A stretch of DNA of 64,000 nucleotides, taken from NCBI RefSeq assembly GCF_009914755.1, contig NC_060939.1; one strand, written 5' to 3'. Made by a program: the position numbers and the translations under genes. The notes below the pieces were generated by a model. The model searched no databases. It was not told the DNA's origin and saw nothing but the letters and a program-made list of their open reading frames with translations. Source of the stretch: the human T2T-CHM13v2.0 reference genome, Homo sapiens. Positions 58,801-64,000 of the stretch are shown piece by piece; the first letter of the stretch is position 1; every line of letters begins with the position of its first letter.

Positions 58801-59038
58801 ATGACCTTTAATGGGGGAATCTTACGTGGCGTAGTCTCATGGAGACCACGGCAGACATAGTGAGAGAGAAAAAGGTGAGTAAATATCTGAAACGGAGGCA
58901 GAAACAGAGAGAATGAAAAGCCCTGTGAATGGAAGGGAGAGCGAAAAGGGAAAATGGTCCTATTTACAAATGACAGATGTGAAACTGGGGTTCACATCAA
59001 CAGTGTCACTGCCAGGAAGGAGGGTCATGCTAGCCATG

Positions 59039-62000
59039 TCACCGGTAGTGTGGCCCGCAGGGACGCCGACCTGCTGGAGCATCGTGCCAGCATGGGCTGT
59101 GGCAAGCACGTGGGCCAGCAGGAGGTTCCCGCTGCACAGCTGTGGGGTGAGGATAGACTGGGTGGTGATATCGGCCATTACAGGGGCCTCTTCTGCTGGC
59201 AAGAGTGTGACAGTAGCAAGTAGATGGACAGGCCTGCGTGTGAGGACGGAATGCAGGAGGGGTTCTTGTGCGCCTGGGTGTGGGGCCCTCACGGGAACCG
59301 TGGAGAAATGGCCAGGTAACTGCGTCATGTGGGCTAGTAGATTGGCCAGGGCTTCGAACTGAAGGACGATAATGGGGAGTAGCTGTCAGGCCCTGGGAGT
59401 GCCTGAGTGTAAGTGGAGATGGGTTTGGGGTCACTGAGGGATGCGTGGGAGCCATCCCTGTATAGGTACAGGTCATAGGGAGATAGTCTCGTGAGGCCTG
59501 TGAGTGTCTAGGGTTGTCCTGGGTGCCTGGGGCTGACTGTGGCAGAAATCTGGGGAAGGCTGGAGAGAAGCTGGGAGACCCAGGAGAGTCCCTGAAGGCA
59601 GGGGGTGAAGAGGTGAAAGAAATGGGGGAGGGTTGCAGTAAGGTCCGTGAGTTTGTAGGTGATTCCTGGGTGCGGGAAGCTGACTCCAGGTGAAATCTGG
59701 AGATGGTTGGAGAGTAGCTGAGAGAGACAGAAGAGTCCCTGAGGGCTGGGGGTGAGAACATGAGGGAGACGGGGGAGTAAGTCAGTGAAATTCGTGAGTT
59801 CGGTGGTGTATCGTGGGTGCCTGGAACTGACTCCAGCTGGAATCTAGAGAAGTTTTGAGAGTAGCTGAAGGAGACACAAGAGTCCCTGTGGGCTGAGCGC
59901 AAAGACCTGAGAGAGACCAGGGAGGACCTCAGTGAAGTCTGTGAGTCTGTAGGTGATTCCGGAGAGTGGGAGGCTGACTCCCGCTGAAATCTGGGCGTGG
60001 TGGGAGAGTAGCTGGGACAGACAGGAGAGTCCCAGGGGGCTGGGGGTGAAGACATGAGAGAGACTGGGGAGTAACTCAGTGAAATTGCTGAGTTGGTTGG
60101 TGATACCTGGGTGCCTGGAACTGACCCCCGCTGAAATCTGGGCATGGTTGGAGAGTAGCTGGGACACACAGGAGAGTCCCTGAGGGCTGGGGGTGAAGAC
60201 ATGAGCGAGACCGGGTAGTAACTGAGTGAAACTGGTGAGTTTGGTGGTGACTCCGGGGTGCCTGGAACTGACTCCAGCTGAAATGTGGGCGTGGTTGGAG
60301 AGTAGCTGGGACAGACAGGAGAGTCCCTGAGGACTGGTGAAGACATGAGAGAGAGTGGAGAGTAATTGAGTGAAATTGGTGAGTTTGGTGGTGATTCCTG
60401 GGTGCCTGGAACTGACTCCCGCTGAAGTGTGGGCGTGGTTGGAGAGTAGCTGGGACACACAGGAGAGTCCCTGAGGGTTGGAGATAAAGACGTGCTAGAG
60501 ACTGAGGAGTAACTGAGTGAAATTGGTGAGTTTGGTGGTGATTCCGGGGTGCCTGGAACGGACTCCAGCTGAAATGTGGGCGTGGTTGGAGAGTAGCTGG
60601 GACAGACGGGAGAGTCCCTGAGGGATGGTGAAGACATGAGAGAGACTGGGGAGTAACGCAGTGAAATTGGTGAGTTTGGTGGTGATTTCTGGGTGCCTGC
60701 AACGGACTCCCGCTGAAGTGTGGGCGTGCTTGGAGAGTAGCTGGGACAGACAGGCGAGTCCCTGAGGGTTGGAGATAAAGACGTGCTAGAGACTGAGGAG
60801 TAACTGAGTGAAATTGGTGAGTTTGGTGGTGATACCGGGGTGCCTGGAACGGACTCCAGCTGAAATGTGGGCGTGGTTGGAGAGTAGCTGGGACAGACGG
60901 GAGAGTCCCTGAGGGATGGTGAAGACATGAGAGAGACTGGGGAGTAACGCAGTGAAATTGGTGAGTTTGGTGGTGATTTCTGGGTGCCTGCAACGGACTC
61001 CCGCTGAAGTGTGGGCGTGCTTGGAGAGTAGCTGGGACAGACAGGCGAGTCCCTGAGGGTTGGAGATAAAGACGTGCTGGAGACTGGGGAGTAACTCAGT
61101 GAAAGTGGTGGGCTTGGTGGTGATCCCAGGGTTCCTGGAACTGACCCGCGCTGAAATGTGGGCGTGGTTGGAGAGTAGCTGGGACAGACTGGAGGGTCCG
61201 TAAGGGCTGGGGGTGAAGACGTGAGAGAGACTGGCGAGGATCTCACTGAGGTCTGTGAGTTTGTAGGTGTTTCTGGGGTGTGGGGTACAGACTCCCGCTG
61301 AAATCTGGGCGTAGTTGGAGAGTAGCTGGGACAGACAGGAGAGTCATGGGTGGCTGGGGGTGAGCTGCTGGATGATGGCAGTAAGAACATATGGTACATT
61401 ATTGATGAAAGAGGTGACTGTGAAGAATCTCCAGAGGAGGACACGGGAGAACACAATGACATGAGTGACTGTCCTGCTTGGTTAGGAAAGGGAAACGTAA
61501 AGTTGTGGAATTCTGTTGATGATGGATGTGAGAGTGGTGAAGCCCTGCGGGGTGATGTAGAGGACTTCCACATCCCTGGTGAGGAGCTGCCCCTTGGGTC
61601 TGAGTTTCTGGGAGGGGAGAGGGAGAAGCTGGGTGAGGCAGGCATGAATCTTGAGGAGTCAGGGCTGGGGGACCGCTCATATTCTCCCGAGACCTGTGAG
61701 TCTCTGGGGGACTCCTGGGTGCATGGGGCTGACTCCCGCAGGAACCTGGGGATGGCTGGAGAGTAACTGGGAGCCACAGGAGGGTCCCTGAGGCCTGGGG
61801 GTGAAGAGATGCAAGACACAGTGGTGGAGCAGCGTGAGGCTCGTGAGTTTGTAGGTGATTCCTGGGTGTGGGGGGCTGACTCCAGCTGAAATCTGGGGTT
61901 GTTTGGAGAGTAGCTGGGAGACACAGGAGACCCCCCGAGAGCTGGGGGTGAGCTGCTGGGTGATGGCAGTAAGAACATGTGGTATATTATTGATGAACGT

Positions 62001-62311
62001 GGGGACTCTGAGGAGTCCTCAGAGGAGGACACGGCAGAGCCCAATGGCTTCATTGATTGCCCATCACGGTGAGGACAGGGAAATGGGAGCTTGTGGGATT
62101 CTGGTGATGACAGAGGTGAGTGTGGTGAAGCCCTAGGGGATGGTGAATGGTAGTTCCGGATCCCTGGTGAGGAGCTTCCCCTTAAGCCTGAGTTTCTGAG
62201 AGGGGAGAGGGAGAAGCTGGGTGAGGCTCGCATGGACCTTGGGGTGTCCGTGCTGGGGGACCGTTCATAAGAAGAGCCACACAAGACCCTACTGTTCTTA
62301 GGTGCAGACAT
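59039..62311 (-). CDS. Putative 1090-aa CTD-like repeat protein (unit 10, intact)
   Basis: Full ORF, C11/R25/L301 plus private P805R (position 59898). Confidence 0.55.
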   Translation of the reverse strand: MSAPKNSRVLCGSSYERSPSTDTPRSMRASPSFSLSPLRNSGLRGSSSPGIRNYHSPSPRASPHSPLSSPESHKLPFPCPHRDGQSMKPLGSAVSSSEDSSESPRSSIIYHMFLLPSPSSSPPALGGSPVSPSYSPNNPRFQLESAPHTQESPTNSRASRCSTTVSCISSPPGLRDPPVAPSYSPAIPRFLRESAPCTQESPRDSQVSGEYERSPSPDSSRFMPASPSFSLSPPRNSDPRGSSSPGMWKSSTSPRRASPLSHPSSTEFHNFTFPFPNQAGQSLMSLCSPVSSSGDSSQSPLSSIMYHMFLLPSSSSSPPATHDSPVCPSYSPTTPRFQRESVPHTPETPTNSQTSVRSSPVSLTSSPPALTDPPVCPSYSPTTPTFQRGSVPGTLGSPPSPPLSLSYSPVSSTSLSPTLRDSPVCPSYSPSTPTLQRESVAGTQKSPPNSPISLRYSPVSLMSSPSLRDSPVCPSYSPTTPTFQLESVPGTPVSPPNSPISLSYSSVSSTSLSPTLRDSPVCPSYSPSTPTLQRESVAGTQKSPPNSPISLRYSPVSLMSSPSLRDSPVCPSYSPTTPTFQLESVPGTPESPPNSPISLSYSSVSSTSLSPTLRDSPVCPSYSPTTPTLQRESVPGTQESPPNSPISLNYSPLSLMSSPVLRDSPVCPSYSPTTPTFQLESVPGTPESPPNSPVSLSYYPVSLMSSPPALRDSPVCPSYSPTMPRFQRGSVPGTQVSPTNSAISLSYSPVSLMSSPPAPWDSPVCPSYSPTTPRFQRESASHSPESPTDSQTSLRSSLVSLRSLRSAHRDSCVSFSYSQNFSRFQLESVPGTHDTPPNSRISLTYSPVSLMFSPPALRDSSVSLSYSPTISRFHLESASRTQESPTNSRTLLQPSPISFTSSPPAFRDSPGSPSFSPAFPRFLPQSAPGTQDNPRHSQASRDYLPMTCTYTGMAPTHPSVTPNPSPLTLRHSQGLTATPHYRPSVRSPGQSTSPHDAVTWPFLHGSREGPTPRRTRTPPAFRPHTQACPSTCYCHTLASRRGPCNGRYHHPVYPHPTAVQREPPAGPRACHSPCWHDAPAGRRPCGPHYR

Positions 62312-62386
62312 GATTAGGAAACCTGCAGCTCCCAGGGGCCCCCACTAATGTTCTAACTCGCAGAAGGAAGGAGTGTGTGTGCGTGT

Positions 62387-62420
<34 letters not shown>

Positions 62421-64000
62421 TTGTGTGTGTGCGGTGTGAGGTATGGGCCCCTTAAGGAAATGGAAATCAACCAACCAATGGGACAGACAGACAGACAGAC
62501 AGACAGAGATTCACTTGCCCAAGTGTTCTGTCCTGTCCTCTGAATCCGCTTCCAAGTCGCAAGACGCTGTGAGCTCCAAGTCCACGCAGAGTCCGCCAAA
62601 CGCTGCGGCCGCTGATCCGCTCCGCGAAGATCTGAGTACAGGCCAGCCAGGGTGGGTTTAAATAGCCTCGGGCGCAGCCTAGCAGCGGAAAGGGCGGAGC
62701 TTCACTCCTCCTTTCCATCAGTCACCCCCAACTTTCCCAGGCTACACCTCGTAGGAAACTGTTCTCCTGCTTTGATTTCATGCGCCACCTTTGGGACAAT
62801 CTAAGAACTTACAGGTTTTCTTGGCCAGATTTATTAGGAATTGTATGCACTGAAACACTGAAAACCAACTAGTGGTTCTGTGCTTCCCACGTTGTGGTTT
62901 TGACACCAGCAGCATCCTTGCCACAATCAAACCCCGGAGATCCGCAGATCTGTGTTGTAACAAGACCTCCCCCTGACCCTGAAGCATGGCAGTTGAAGAA
63001 GTCTTTCCGTGTAAGCGAAAAGACTTTGAAGAAAAGGTGGAGATATGCGTTGTATAAACATTCTTTTGCTCTGGAACCACGTAGAGACTTGGGAGCCAGT
63101 TGGGTGGAGCATTCGTTGGATGAGGGTGCTCGGGTTAGGAATATCAAGGTGTTTCTCCAGATAATCCAATCATCTAATTAAGATTCCAGTTATGCTCATC
63201 TGTTTTAAAATTCCGTTTGGGTAAATTCTTTTAGTCAGACTGAGAATGGCAAAGCCTCAACCCCAATTTCCAGGGAGGGTGGAGAGCCTCAGGTGGAGTT
63301 GATCACCAATAGCCTATAGTTTAACCCATCATGCCTATAGAATGAGGTCTCCATCAAAATCCAAAAGGACTGGGTTCAGAGAGCTTCTGGATAACACTTC
63401 CTGGAAGGTAGTGCGGCCCTCCCCGCATGGCGGGCCCCACATTTATTTCTGAACTTTGTGCAATGTCCGCTAAATTACAACGGCAAATGTAAGTGTTTCC
63501 CTGCGTGCTGTGAGCTCTTCCAGCAAATGAATGCAACTAAATCTGGGAGTGGTGGCAACCTGATTTATAGCCAGTTGCTGAGAAGTACAGGTAAAACAAC
63601 TTAGGGCTTCCCATTGTTATTGGTGTGGGAGGCCTGTCTGGCGGGACTCGGCCCTTTGGAATCTAATGCTATGTCCCGGTAGATAGCGTCACCATTGAAT
63701 TAGAAGACACACATATGTGGAGAATAATCTTTCTGGTCATTTGCTGCATGTCTTATTTACAATATGTAATCAAATTCTTTATCCTGACCTTATGGCACCT
63801 GGGTTTGAACCAAAAGTTGGTCTGTCACTTTCTGAGTTTGAAACTTTATTTTGCCTTTAGCGTTTTGCTATTGCTTTTTCGTTTTCTTTTGTTTCGTTTC
63901 GTTTCTAAGTTCTGGGGTATATGTGCAGGATGTGCAGATTTGTTACTAAGGTAAACGTGTGCCATGGTGGTTTGCTGCACCTGTCAACCCGTCACCTAGG

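Larger units (their letters stand above)
1..64000. repeat. ~6.58-kb tandem macrosatellite array (ACRO1-composite-like), ~9.7 units
   Basis: The same ORF set recurs with ATGs at 3007, 9589, 16177, 22803, 29385, 35967, 42549, 49131, 55729 and 62311. Period differences are explained by GGAA/CA length changes and 1-4 bp indels. The ACRO1 label rests on the recalled 147-bp monomer size and the MER21/L1PA content. Confidence 0.95.

Noticed and set aside
1-64000. Array as an assembly duplication artefact
   Set aside because: Units carry distinct SNPs, indels and microsatellite lengths in a mosaic pattern, as expected for a real array. Exact copy number still needs read validation.

Overview
The whole window is primate (most likely human) tandem macrosatellite DNA: about 9.7 head-to-tail, near-identical copies of a ~6.58-kb unit (ATG-to-ATG periods 6582, 6588, 6626, 6582, 6582, 6582, 6582, 6598, 6582). 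The unit resembles the ACRO1 composite repeat: a ~2.8-kb block of 147/144-bp satellite monomers, plus MER21-like LTR, L1PA 3' end, Tigger/MER47-like, (GGAA)n and L1MB-like pieces (family names from recall, no search run). The main result is that each unit is laid out like a complete minus-strand Pol II gene. It has a DUX-type double-homeodomain motif about 530 bp upstream, then GC box + TATA (-31) + Inr, an ATG-free ~320-nt leader, a single 3273-nt ORF and downstream polyA signals. The ORF encodes a 1090-aa Ser/Pro/Thr-rich protein. Each 147-bp monomer translates to 49 aa, exactly seven heptads in the register of the Pol II CTD repeat YSPTSPS, and all monomer length changes are in frame. Seven copies (units 4-10) are intact; the three leftmost each carry different disabling lesions. 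Expression and function cannot be shown from sequence alone.
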